From: Bigelowiella natans CCMP2755
Taxonomy: Eukaryota > Protista > Cercozoa
Length of the DNA: 64,000 nt
Assembly (NCBI GenBank): GCA_000320545.1
Contig: ADNK01000765.1
Span: 12,813-76,812 of the forward strand
Direction: 5' to 3'
Shown here in pieces: positions 1-10,026 of the stretch; positions within the stretch are counted from its first letter, which is position 1, and every line of letters starts with the position of its first letter. A program made the position numbers and the translations under genes. A model generated the notes under the pieces. That model ran no database searches. It saw only the letters and a list, made by a program, of their open reading frames with translations, and was not told the origin of the DNA.

Positions 1-981
1 TGAGTTATTCGCAAAGTAGAGGTCGTCATCCATCTACAAATAAATTTACTTTTCTGCTTGTGCAGATTGCTACCGTTTCTGGAGAACTGGTTTGGCGCGT
101 AGCTTTTTCCGTGGAGGCGAACGCGAAACGTGTGCACTGGCTGCAGCACTGATTGGTCGTCCTTGCCGAAGAGGGTCGCGTTCACCTGTAGCAGGGCGGG
201 CACAAAGGTCCCTGTTAGTGTTGTTTGTCAGGCGGTATATCTTTCGGCTGGACTTACTTCCTTGTCCCGATCCGAGAAAACGTCAATTGTAATCAAATAG
301 CTATACCCGTCCGGAAGGGACGAAATGTGGCTGAATGAGGGGGTATGAAGAATGATCAGAAACTGGTAGCTAATTATTCTTTTCATCTTTCCCTTCCTTC
401 TCCCTCCTCCTTCCTCTTCATTCTTCTAGGACAACAACTGTTGCTATCAACCTGTAATTATCTTTAGTGTGTAGGTCGAGGAGCAATTGAGCTGTGTCGA
501 CTCCCACGACTCCGTCGTCGGCGAGCCCGTTTCCAGATTGGAATTCTGATGATCCGATATTGTGCCTCAAATCACAGCGTTCAACATTTCGAAGTTTCCA
601 ACTATGCTAATTCCAAAAGGAGGGTAAAACTCACTGGTTGTAGCCAGCACAGATTCTTTGTCGAAGACTCCAGACGTGAAATTCACATCCTATGTATTCA
701 CATTATGAGCGGGACAAAAGGGAAGCCTCAGAGTTGCCCAACTTTGTGAACGTGAGGCAGCAGATCCAAGAACAAGGGGAAGGAGTTGTGATGATTATTG
801 TTTTCGTCAGACATGCCTTGGGAACGTAGGGGGATCTTCGAAGCAGGTTCTGAGCAATAACCACATCGTTTCCTGTATCGTTCTCTCTTAGTGTTCTTGT
901 GAAGGGAAGTGGCATATCAGTTTCGCCGTTTCTATTTCCATGCGTAGCAGCGATTGGGAACAGGGCGAGCAGAAGCAACAT
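1..981 (-). CDS. Secreted peptidoglycan-binding-domain protein (PG_binding_1 plus probable L,D-transpeptidase/YkuD-like region); spliced, 3' end runs off the window
   Basis: Signal peptide MLLLLALFPIAATHG (ATG 981). Joined exons read RTLRENDTGNDVVIAQNLLRR / FTSGVFDKESVLATT / KFQSGNGLADDGVVGVDTAQLLLDL (PG-binding pattern G-x-D-V..Q..L..G.FD..FQ...GL..DG.VG..T) / PDGYSYLITIDVFSDRDKE / VNATLFGKDD..HTFRVRLHGKSYAPNQFSRNG. The identity of the C-terminal domain is from memory of similar protist proteins. Confidence 0.75.
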
Positions 982-1270
982 GGAAGTGGGGGAGAGAGTC
1001 TCCACTGGACGAGCTCTTCCGACTGCAGGCAAAATATTCACGTTAAAATCCAATGAATTTTCTTCTTGCGACATGTAAATTTCCTGTGATATGTTAGGTT
1101 TTCCCATCCCATTCGGGGTAGGTGACAGACAGATAACTGGGGTTTTGTATACGACAACAAATATTTGTTGTCGCACGATCTAAATCCCATTGAAAGGCTG
1201 GATAAATCACCAGAGCCATCAGCCATCTGCTATCCGCCATCCTTCCGGCAACACTGTGAGACTAGCAACC

Positions 1271-3274
1271 ATGAGTAGAACGAAGGAGGGAGTGCAAGAA
1301 AGCATCGTGCCTTACTGTCTGGTACTACATGTGCTAATATACCAAGGCGAAATTTTTGCTCGCTTACACGTTTCACCATGCGTGTTCTTTACTAACACAG
1401 TTCTACACCCTCCCCCTCGTGGGCCTGGCCAGTCTTTACGCCTTGGGAATATGGTACGGAGAGATTATTTGTGGTAAAGATTGCGAATTTATTGTATGAA
1501 CCTCAATGGTCAAAAGGTCATACGGTGGAGCAATGTTTGCTTTCGGCTGCATTCCAGTAATGGATCTGCTCGTATCGGTGAGTCGCTCCTCAGGTTTATA
1601 CTAGAGCGGTACCCAACATCCTATGTGCTTGTTTCTTTAGGAAGACACCACAAACCCTACAAAAGAACAAAGTTCGCGTTTGGCACGAGAGTTCAGATTC
1701 AAAGTAAGCGAGTACACTCATGTTGTATGCTGGGTCGTGAATAGTTTCCAAATTTTCATATCCCATACTCGCAAGTGTTGTTTTGCGTATGTTCGTTGAT
1801 TTCTTGTTTTCTGCTTTGTTCCAAAGTTGATCCCAGCCTTCTGGGTGCCTACGCAGTTTGCATTGATGGTGTATAGCGGGTTCAAGTTTTGCACCCCAGG
1901 ACTGGCCCTGTATGAATACATCGGCATAATTACTTCAATCGGAATTCTTGCCGGCAGCATTGGAATCAACGGTCAGCTCAGCTTAAACTTGCAGCATCGG
2001 CTACTGCTACTACGAATACATTGTTATTTTACAACGAACACATTGCTTCATTACTTATGACACCGATCTTGCCAAAAAAATTGGCGGTACCTTCCTTGCT
2101 AAATTTTAAAGTCATTTTCTATGGACAGTCGCCCACGAATTGATCCACAAGCCAAGCTGGTGGGAGAAGTTGCTGGGACGAGCACTTTTGGCTTCTGTGT
2201 GCTACGGTCACTGGGCTGACGAGCATTTATACGGGCACCACAAATTGGTTTCGACCCCCTTTGATCCTGCAACCAGCCGATTCGGTGAGTGGCGAAGAGG
2301 CGGCGAAGATATACGAGAGAGTGGGACGACGACCTGCTTGTGTGTCCTTTGAATTCTTCACAAGTGTTGTAGTACTTCATAAAATGATATGCGAGAGTGC
2401 ACGATGATTAAACGGAGATGTCTTCAATCATTGGTGGATGATTTGCTTTTTAAATATCGGAACAGGCGAGAGTTTTTACACGTTCTGGTTTCGCACTGTG
2501 TGGGGGACATGGACATCAGCCCTCGACATGGAAAGGAGAAGACTTAGAAATGTGGCATTCCCTGAACGAATTCTTCGAGACAGGGTGTTCCTATCTTGCC
2601 TATCGTCCCTTGCTGTTGCTGCATGCTTCGGGCTTCTCATGGGGCCCTACGGCGTGCTCTTTTTCTTCCTGCAATCACCGGTTGCGTTCACTATGCTGGA
2701 GGCAGTCAACTACATTGAACACTACGGGCTGCAGAGAGAATTGGTTGAAGGAGCTCCTTCGATGAAGGAGCTTGAGAAAAGGAAGAAACTGGGCGACTAT
2801 GGTTACGTGGCCTCCGCCTTTGAGTCCGTGACCCCATTCCACTCATGGAACGCCGGCGAAACAGTCACAAACTACTTTCTGTTGAAACTGCAACGTCACA
2901 GCGATCACCATGCAAACGGGTATCGACGTTATCAGGTAGGAACAGCAACAACACAAAACTGTGAAGTCAGACCTTGCCAGCGCTGTTAGTGCGGTGGGAA
3001 AGAATTATCTCATGATAATCTGTTTCAGGTGTTACGTTCATTCCTCGCCAGTCCACAGCTTCCAACAGGATACGCAGGGTGTATGGTTCTTGCCACCATT
3101 CCTCCCCTTTGGTTTGCTATTATGAATCCGCGGGTGAAGAAAGTTAAGTCGCAAATCGAGTACATCAAGGGGACAGGGATAAACGTTTTTTCGGATGAAT
3201 TTGACGTTTTGGCACGTAAGGAAGGCAGCGTCGAAGCGGCATTACGAAAGATGAACGAGGGAAAGAAAAAATGA
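1271..3274 (+). CDS. alkB: Integral-membrane non-heme di-iron alkane 1-monooxygenase (AlkB/AlkM family), about 7-8 exons
   Basis: All four family motifs are present: AHELIHK (~2130), EHLYGHH (~2221), NYIEHYGL (~2708) and LQRHSDHHA (~2888), plus DPATSR and PQLPTGY..M...A..PPLWF..MNPRV. GT-AG introns e.g. 2285-2466 and 2936-3028; stop TGA 3272-3274. Confidence 0.93.
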
Positions 3275-3624
3275 CTCGTCCGATTATTTTCTCATGTGCA
3301 GTGACCTGCACTGCTTCCGGCGACGGTGTTTAATTTGATATACGTATGCCCGTTGCATCTTCATGACCGATGTCAAAAAAAGTATAAAGATGGCGGTAAT
3401 AATGCAGATACTTCCTGTATCTATTCGCTTTAGTTAGATCGTATTAGTCGGAACAATAATATGATCATGTCTAACTTATATTATGTACGTAGCATAGCAT
3501 AAAGCTTACACCTGTACATATTGCAGCTGCATGCACGCAGCACGCAGCACGCGTAAAGCGGCTACGTACAATACAGCAGGCCAGCGCATGCACACGAGTG
3601 TGACAAGCATGACGACTGACTGCT

Positions 3625-3700
3625 ACATGTGACGGATGTAATAAAGTGATTAAAGCTTTTCAATGGTTATAGTCATCCTGATTTAGCTATATATGCAAAT
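3625..3700 (-). mobile_element. Degenerate 3'-terminal fragment of the LINE family at 36612-38610
   Basis: gacggatgtaat...ttttcaatggt(tatagt)catcctgatttagct is the reverse complement of the LINE end agctacatcaggatgaccattgaaaa...attacatccgtctc, with a 6-bp insertion. Confidence 0.75.
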
Positions 3701-3771
3701 ATAACTGACGGTTTGCTTACTGGACAGTTGCGTAGTTTGTAATAGAGCGATAGCGTTAGTGGGAAATGTAT

Positions 3772-5291
3772 TTAAACCTTCGAGTGGCAGCATGCTATTG
3801 CAAACGAAAGAGGAGTATTGTCTTTGGAACCAACAAGGAAGGGCTCTGGGGTGTATTGCGCATACGCAACCCTTCGTTCGCGCAAGCTTCGATTTGGCCC
3901 ACTGTGCCAAATGAAGAATGTTTAGTGGACGAGGAATGACTATGATACTGAAGATAGAGAACAGTACCTACTATGGATTCTGGAAGAATGAAATAATACG
4001 CAATCTCCTGCCTCGCACTCTATCCGAATGTTTCTACGAGAGAAAAAAGGAAGTAAAGGCGCTAGTTCTCAAGAAACAGGCTTAAACGATTACTTTGACT
4101 CCTCCAAATCCTCAGATCCGAACACTAATGTGCCATTTGACTCTTCCATTCGATCAAGAGCACACCAGACTGTGCATATGATGGAAAAGGATGAAAGAAT
4201 GACATCTTGCACAATCTGCCGATTCGCACGCGTAAAATATGTTACCGGAAATATACTGCATGGTGTTAGCTTTAAACCATATTCCAAGTTGTTCTTCAGC
4301 ATCCTTGTGCCAGGCTACATTACATTTTAAGGTTTGTGCGCATTTCGAATCCAATAAATTTTTCATTGATACCAAACGAGAGAGCAGAATTTGCCGGCTT
4401 CACAATGTAGTTTTCGTTGAAAAGGTATGCCCTGTTGCTTTGCATCAACTAAGAAAAATTGAGTATAATTTCTCATTCAGCTATTTTGCGAAAGATAAAT
4501 CTAACCTGAGAACACAGTGCGGGGAATATTCGGAGAATAACCTCCGGGGCAGATCCTGGATGCAGCTTGCAGCTATCTGCAAGTGAACTGCTAGTACTAA
4601 TAAGGTTGTTGGCGGCGATTGTTAATCTTGCACGTTTTCGTTTTCGAATGTCTTCGTCCTCATGGGAGCTAGACACCTCCTTTTCTTCTCCATCCTTCGT
4701 CTCTATTTCCCTGCTTGCCGCGCCTCCTTTCATCATGGAATCAAAGGACTGTGTTCTCAAAGCGAGATAAGATTTTACTGATGTACGTTCAGGCGATGAT
4801 TCCGGGATGGTTGAATTGACGAATGGGTCCTAATCGACAACCTTGTCAGCCATAATGTTATGTAGAGTAAGAAGTGTCACTAACTCGGCAACATACCAGT
4901 GTGCATGATTCTTCCTCACAAGACCGATTTTCTCGCTTGTACTTCATCTTTAGGCGCAGATAGAATTACACTTGTGAGCAAGCTCCAGGATTAAAATTTT
5001 ACCTTGAGGATCTCAATCTCGCGTTGCATCGACCGTATGTGGCGTTCAGAAAGCGCCCCACGCACTAAGACGAATCTATAAACAATTTTCTCTCTAACAG
5101 AGTTCAATGTTACATATTTGATGTTGCAGATACCCGTTTTCCTTGTAAAACTTAATCTCTTCTTGTGTAAGCTGTCTGGGTGGTTGGCTCGGGGAACTGT
5201 CTGATGTAGCCAATAATTTCCTCTTCTCCCCCTTAGTTTTCCTTTTATCCTTATCCTTCATCGACACGATATTGTTTTTACCCGAATCCAT
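3772..5291 (-). CDS. Phytanoyl-CoA dioxygenase (PhyH)-family Fe(II)/2-oxoglutarate oxygenase, spliced
   Basis: Exons encode LTQEEIKFYKENGYL, YLFNENYIVKPANS, WHKDAEEQ (HxD), WCALDRMEESNGTL, EAGDCVLFHSSRIH (distal His) and GPNRSLRERRVAYAQY; stop at 3772-3774. Confidence 0.85.
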
Positions 5292-5740
5292 TGTTGGTAT
5301 ATTCTTGGCGCGTCCGTGTTCTGGCGATGGGAGCAGCGACGGCGACTACGACTACGACGACAACGAGACTACGACGATGAGACACAGTGAATATGCTGCG
5401 GGCGCTATTTTGATTGACACAGTTGCATTATGCAAAGAATTCTGTTTCCGACGCAATCGAGCACGAAAATACTCGATCGGCAAAGAAACACGCAATACGA
5501 GAGGGAGCGAGAGGGGTCTTGGCCCTGCAGCTCGTACGAAATTTTGCTGCCGGAAGAGGTCGATCGCCCAACATAAAAACGAAATACGATTTTAGTCTGA
5601 CGACAATGACTATTCTATGTCGTCGGCTAATATAGGGGGTTCTGTGTGTGTGTGCTCGGCATGCGAATAATTTCCCTAAAACTTTTGACTGAACTTCTGG
5701 GCCACTACAACAGTCACAACAGTTTCCAGCGTTTCGGCCC

Positions 5741-6196
5741 ATGGCGGATGTGCGCTGCGGGGTTGATGATGGTGTGACGACGACGATTGAAAGCCGTCAT
5801 CACGCAATCCAGTTTTCACCAAACAGAGAAGAAGGAGATTCTCGACCTAGCAGCCATGGCACAGATCGGAGTATCAGTAGAACACGCCGAAGATTGCTTG
5901 TCGCGCAGCCAGTTTTACGCTACCGAGCTTTACAAGGACTAGTGGAAACAATGCAACCGGCCCTGGGTCAAACCTTTTCCGAGGCGGCTTCATTTACGGG
6001 GTTGTTAAATCGGCGCGTCTGTGGTTCCCTTGCAATACCGTACGGAATTCAACAGCGGTGCAGTATTGAAAACTCGCTACCAAGATTAGATACCCTGCCT
6101 TCAAAAAGTACGAATATGATGTTGGAGCCCGGCTTTTTGGCAGGTCTAATGCTGATGCTTCTACTTCTGATCCTCATCATTCTCTGGTATCGCTAA
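5741..6196 (+). CDS. Hypothetical protein (may be spliced further 3')
   Basis: 151-aa ORF about 450 bp from the PhyH start in divergent orientation, where a partner gene is expected. No recognisable motif. Confidence 0.3.
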   Translation: MADVRCGVDDGVTTTIESRHHAIQFSPNREEGDSRPSSHGTDRSISRTRRRLLVAQPVLRYRALQGLVETMQPALGQTFSEAASFTGLLNRRVCGSLAIPYGIQQRCSIENSLPRLDTLPSKSTNMMLEPGFLAGLMLMLLLLILIILWYR

Positions 6197-6845
6197 CACT
6201 TTATGCATTGTGCAAGTCATGAAGAAACCAATGCAAATATGGTTTAATGATGCCTTCGGATACATATCGAGATAGATACTATAAGAAATCTTTATTCAGT
6301 TTTAATGGTCAATCTGGGACACTCATCCAGTGAATTTGGTTTTCTAATTCAGGAACACATAACAACAGTCCTGAGAATCATATTTTAATGTTGCGCAGTA
6401 GTCTAAGCAAATTACTCATGAACATTGTATTCTTACATGCTATGCGAAATGTTTATCTCCTCATCATCAGTGAGCTGTATGAATTTACCGGAACATAGTT
6501 TCTCGATGAATACATGCTTATGTAGTATAGCTTTTGAGCTCTGTTGGTGTCATTGAAATGAAGATAGGCATGGCTTATATACTCATGTCTTAGGTACTCA
6601 TGTATGTAGACAGATCATGTTGCGATGCAGTAAAGGGAGCATGCCACACGTAGGCAAGCGCGCTGTACGCACGACTACCAAAGCAAAGATTTACCAAATT
6701 ATAGTTGCAGCCGCAATATGCGTACATGCAGCACGCTCAAGTAAACCCGAAGTATTATCCAAGCCTATGCCTCGCATCGGCTGCATATTTTTAACGTAAT
6801 AAACATTGCGTGTGCCTCTTTGCGTCTTATGTCTCGAAAGCCAGA

Positions 6846-6888
<43 letters not shown>

Positions 6889-6892
<4 letters not shown>

Positions 6893-6933
6893 CGGATGTA
6901 ATGAAATGTTTAAATTGTTTCAATGGTCATCCT
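6889..6933 (-). mobile_element. ~45-bp LINE 3' terminus embedded in (TA)n on both sides
   Basis: (at)n-gagacggatgtaatgaaatgtttaaattgtttcaatggtcatcct-(ta)n; the reverse complement matches 7494-7538. Confidence 0.85.
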
Positions 6934-6982
6934 TATATATATATGTATGTATATATATTAAATTATCTCTCTGAACTAATTA

Positions 6983-7099
6983 CATAGATACTGTAAAATC
7001 ACGAAAAGATGTATGGCATGATATTGTGTGTCGGTTCCATAGATACTGTAAAATCACGAAAAGATGTGTGGCATGATAATATTGTGTGTCGGTTCCATA
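6983..7099. repeat. Direct tandem duplication of ~55 bp
   Basis: atagatactgtaaaatcacgaaaagatgt(a/g)tggcatgat..attgtgtgtcggttcc occurs twice. The copies differ by TA vs TG and a 3-bp indel. Confidence 0.9.
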
Positions 7100-7183
7100 A
7101 TGTACTCTTCGAAAAGATGTAACCATTAAGATGTACTAAGCTATTATTCTTCGTAAGTATTGTATTAGCTTCTTTTAAATAGA

Positions 7184-7217
<34 letters not shown>

Positions 7218-7220
<3 letters not shown>

Positions 7221-7540
7221 CACATGCAAAACATTGCAAGACATGGACCACATTCTGCAATGCAGGAAATACGGACCACAGAGACTCAGAATCAACAAAC
7301 AACTGACGGCGATCATGGATCGCAATGATGAGACCACGCGCCTCACAACCGCACGAAAAACAAGTGGAGAAGCTGCGCGCAAAGCGCGACATGCTAGACC
7401 AAATCATGATGCATTTTCATGCATGCGCCATGTGACCAAGGAAACAAACAGATGCAATTTAAGCGCTGTAGCCGCTGCATTGCACAGCTACATTAGGATG
7501 ACCATTGAAAAATTTAAACATTTCATTACATCCGTCTCAT
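7218..7540 (+). mobile_element. LINE 3' fragment, sister subfamily B
   Basis: Follows a (TA)n run. Encodes DTCKTLQDMDHILQC...RNDETTRLT...ETNRCNLSAVAAALHSYIRMTIEK, homologous to the C-terminus of ORF 37342-38589, and ends catccgtctc-atatgtgcatgtgt. Confidence 0.9.
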
Positions 7541-7552
7541 ATGTGCATGTGT

Positions 7553-7737
7553 AAAAAGATTCACGAACTGTTGCGCGCAGCGCGCGACAACATCGATCGC
7601 ACGAGGACGCTTTCAAATGCATGAAGCACGTGGTGGCAGAAACCAACAGACACAATGTCAGCGCTGTAGCCGCTGCATTGCACAGCTACATCAGGATGAC
7701 CATTGAAAAAATTTAATTGTTCATTACATCCGTCTCA
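7553..7737 (+). mobile_element. LINE 3' fragment, subfamily A, inserted in the tail of the previous copy
   Basis: Near-identical to 38426-38610 and 56956-57144. Confidence 0.9.
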
Positions 7738-7770
7738 CATGCACACACACATCTAGATGTGTGTGATGAG

Positions 7771-8530
7771 ACGCCAGGGAAACTCAGTATTAGAGCGGAA
7801 GCATCGACCTATTAATAATGGGATTATGGCGATGCTCCTGCAAAATGTTGAGGATCGGCACAACTGGCATAAATATTTGGAGATGATAACATTTAGTGTG
7901 AATACCACAATCGATAAGTGTGGTTATTCCCCGGCTCACCTCATGTTCGGATATCAGCCAAAGTTCGTGGCTGATATGGAGAGCAAGTCGGTGGCGGCTC
8001 CAGGGACCGGGGACCTCGATAAGAGGATCCAAGATCTGGAAAAGATGCGGCTGTTGTATGCTACTATGAAAGAGGATTATAAATTAGTGAAAAATTTCAC
8101 GAGGAACGAGAAGCTTAATACTCAAGACGAATATAAAGTAGGGGATATGGTGTGGCTTTTCCGCAAGGAAAATCGTAAAGAAAATGCTGTTACGAAAAAA
8201 TATGAAATTAAAAAGACTGGCCCTGTGACTATCGTGGCCAGGAGTAGCAGATCCCATACCTATCAAATTATTGACCCGAAAACGGGGTATAATAATAATG
8301 TACACGCGAAACATCTTTCGCCTTATGGTACATTTACCCCGTTACCAGAAGTGCGCCCGGTAGCTCCAGATGTAGAGGAGAAATTTGCTGCCGACGAGAA
8401 TGAGGCTTCGGATGGTTCCTCAGACTCGTCGGATTCCCAGGGGCCTTCTGGTAACCGAATTTCGCGGGATAACATCGTCCGGGGTAAACGTAATAGGAGA
8501 CCGGCGGATATAGGTCCGTATATTTCGTAG
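7771..8530 (+). mobile_element. Ty3/Gypsy LTR-retrotransposon pol remnant (integrase C-terminal half)
   Basis: QGNSVLERKHRPI (P-Q-x-N-G-x-x-E-R motif with the third catalytic Glu), W..YL....F..NT....CGYSPAHLMFG, and a GPY/F-like region YKVGDMVWL...TGPVTIV...TYQI...VHAKHLSPY. The integrase lies at the 3' end of pol, before the PPT, as in Gypsy. Confidence 0.88.
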
Positions 8531-8679
8531 ATTTTGTATTTTCGCAAATATATGCTACTGTATAAATAAATTGGTGGCGGTGCAGTTGGTGCAAAATTTT
8601 TCTTTTCTTCCCTTTTCTTCTAATTTTCTTCTAGCACGCGTGATCCTACTCATATGTTGTTATTATTGAGTTAGGGGTG

Positions 8680-9361
8680 CAAAAATTGGGGGGGGGGGGT
8701 AGTGTGGTCAGTTTGCGACCACCAAATGCATGTAAGCGCGCATGTACATGCATAGCATAAATGGTAGTGCATGCTGTGCTTTATTATATCTTACATTTGC
8801 ATGTGAGCATGTTTATATAGGTTCAGGCTATCGTTCCTGTGCCTTAATTAGTCATATAGGGGCATGTAACGTGAGTTACATGCCCGGAAATACAGTTATA
8901 GGAGGGGGCACGTGCAACTGGGAACATCCTTCTCGGTTGTTTCCCCAACCGTGGATGTTCCTAGGAGCACCCTCGGTATTTTACTTACGACATGGAGTCG
9001 GCCTACGTATTGTAATATTATAGGGGAAAATGGCCTACATTTTCCCTAATATTTTGGGCAACTGCTGCTGCGTAGCATGTTGCTGCTGGGGACGCTGTGT
9101 GCCCAGCACATGATGTGTATTGGCGCGCAACGCGCTAGTTTAGCACACTCTAAAAGACCCGCAAGCAAGCGGTAAGCTTTCTCCTTTGGTAGTTTGCTCA
9201 TGCATGCTCATGTCATGTTATCTATTCAACAGGGTTTTAGTTTTGTGGATTTAAAGCATTGTAAAAGCATACATTGCACAGTTGTGTTGTTAGCGCTGCG
9301 CAATACAACTACAGTCATCATCTAGTCTAGGCAATTGCCAAATAGTGCAAGAGCCCTAACA
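8680..9361 (+). mobile_element. Polypurine tract and probable 3' LTR of the Gypsy remnant
   Basis: aaaaattg13t at 8681-8700 is followed by TGTGG at 8703. Candidate end ...ccctaACA at 9361; the right boundary is tentative because no second LTR is present. Confidence 0.55.
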
Positions 9362-9382
9362 GCAACAGCAATAAACATTGTT

Positions 9383-9470
9383 AATAGCGCTATAGCCGCT
9401 GCATTACGCAGCTACATATAAGGATGACAACATTGAACAAATTCAATCGATTCATTACGTCAGTCTTACA
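9383..9470 (+). mobile_element. Degenerate LINE 3' fragment
   Basis: agcgctatagccgctgcattacgcagctacat..aggatgac..cattgaacaaattcaat..ttcattacgtcagtctta, with several small insertions. Confidence 0.75.
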
Positions 9471-10026
9471 AGCGATGTGGACGTGTACCTGCTACGCAGC
9501 ATGGCTAGATGGGCGTGCGTGATTGGAACGAGCATGCATGTTGAAAAGTCGACGCAAGACAGGAGCAAGTGTACTGTGAGCGATGCAAAGTAATGTGTGC
9601 ATGTCATTCCCGTACAATTTAGCTTTACACGTATACATGATACCATAATTCACAATTTCACATTAATGTATCCTCGTTATTCTTTGTTAAACGGACTTAC
9701 ATCTGTAACGCATAGAGCACAATCAAGATGGCTAGTCCAAGCAAGTTGGCAAGTTGCACATATATGTCCAGTGGTTCTACTTATTTTCATTTAAATAGAA
9801 ACAGAATGTGTTGCAATATAAAATAACAGATATAACTGCTGGCCAGGTCTAAATGGAGATGGCAGGTGGTTGAGTAAACACTTCATTGTATTAATACTTT
9901 GACGCTTCACTCCAAAATAAAGTTATACCAAAGAAGATGGTCGTTAGTATTGTTATGATGATGGGGCCATGGTCTAACGGAAAAGTGAAAGGTTGACCAG
10001 ATTTTACATCGGATTGTGGACACCAG

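Noticed and set aside
6983-7099. CRISPR-like repeat
   Set aside because: Simple two-copy tandem duplication without spacers, in a eukaryotic context.
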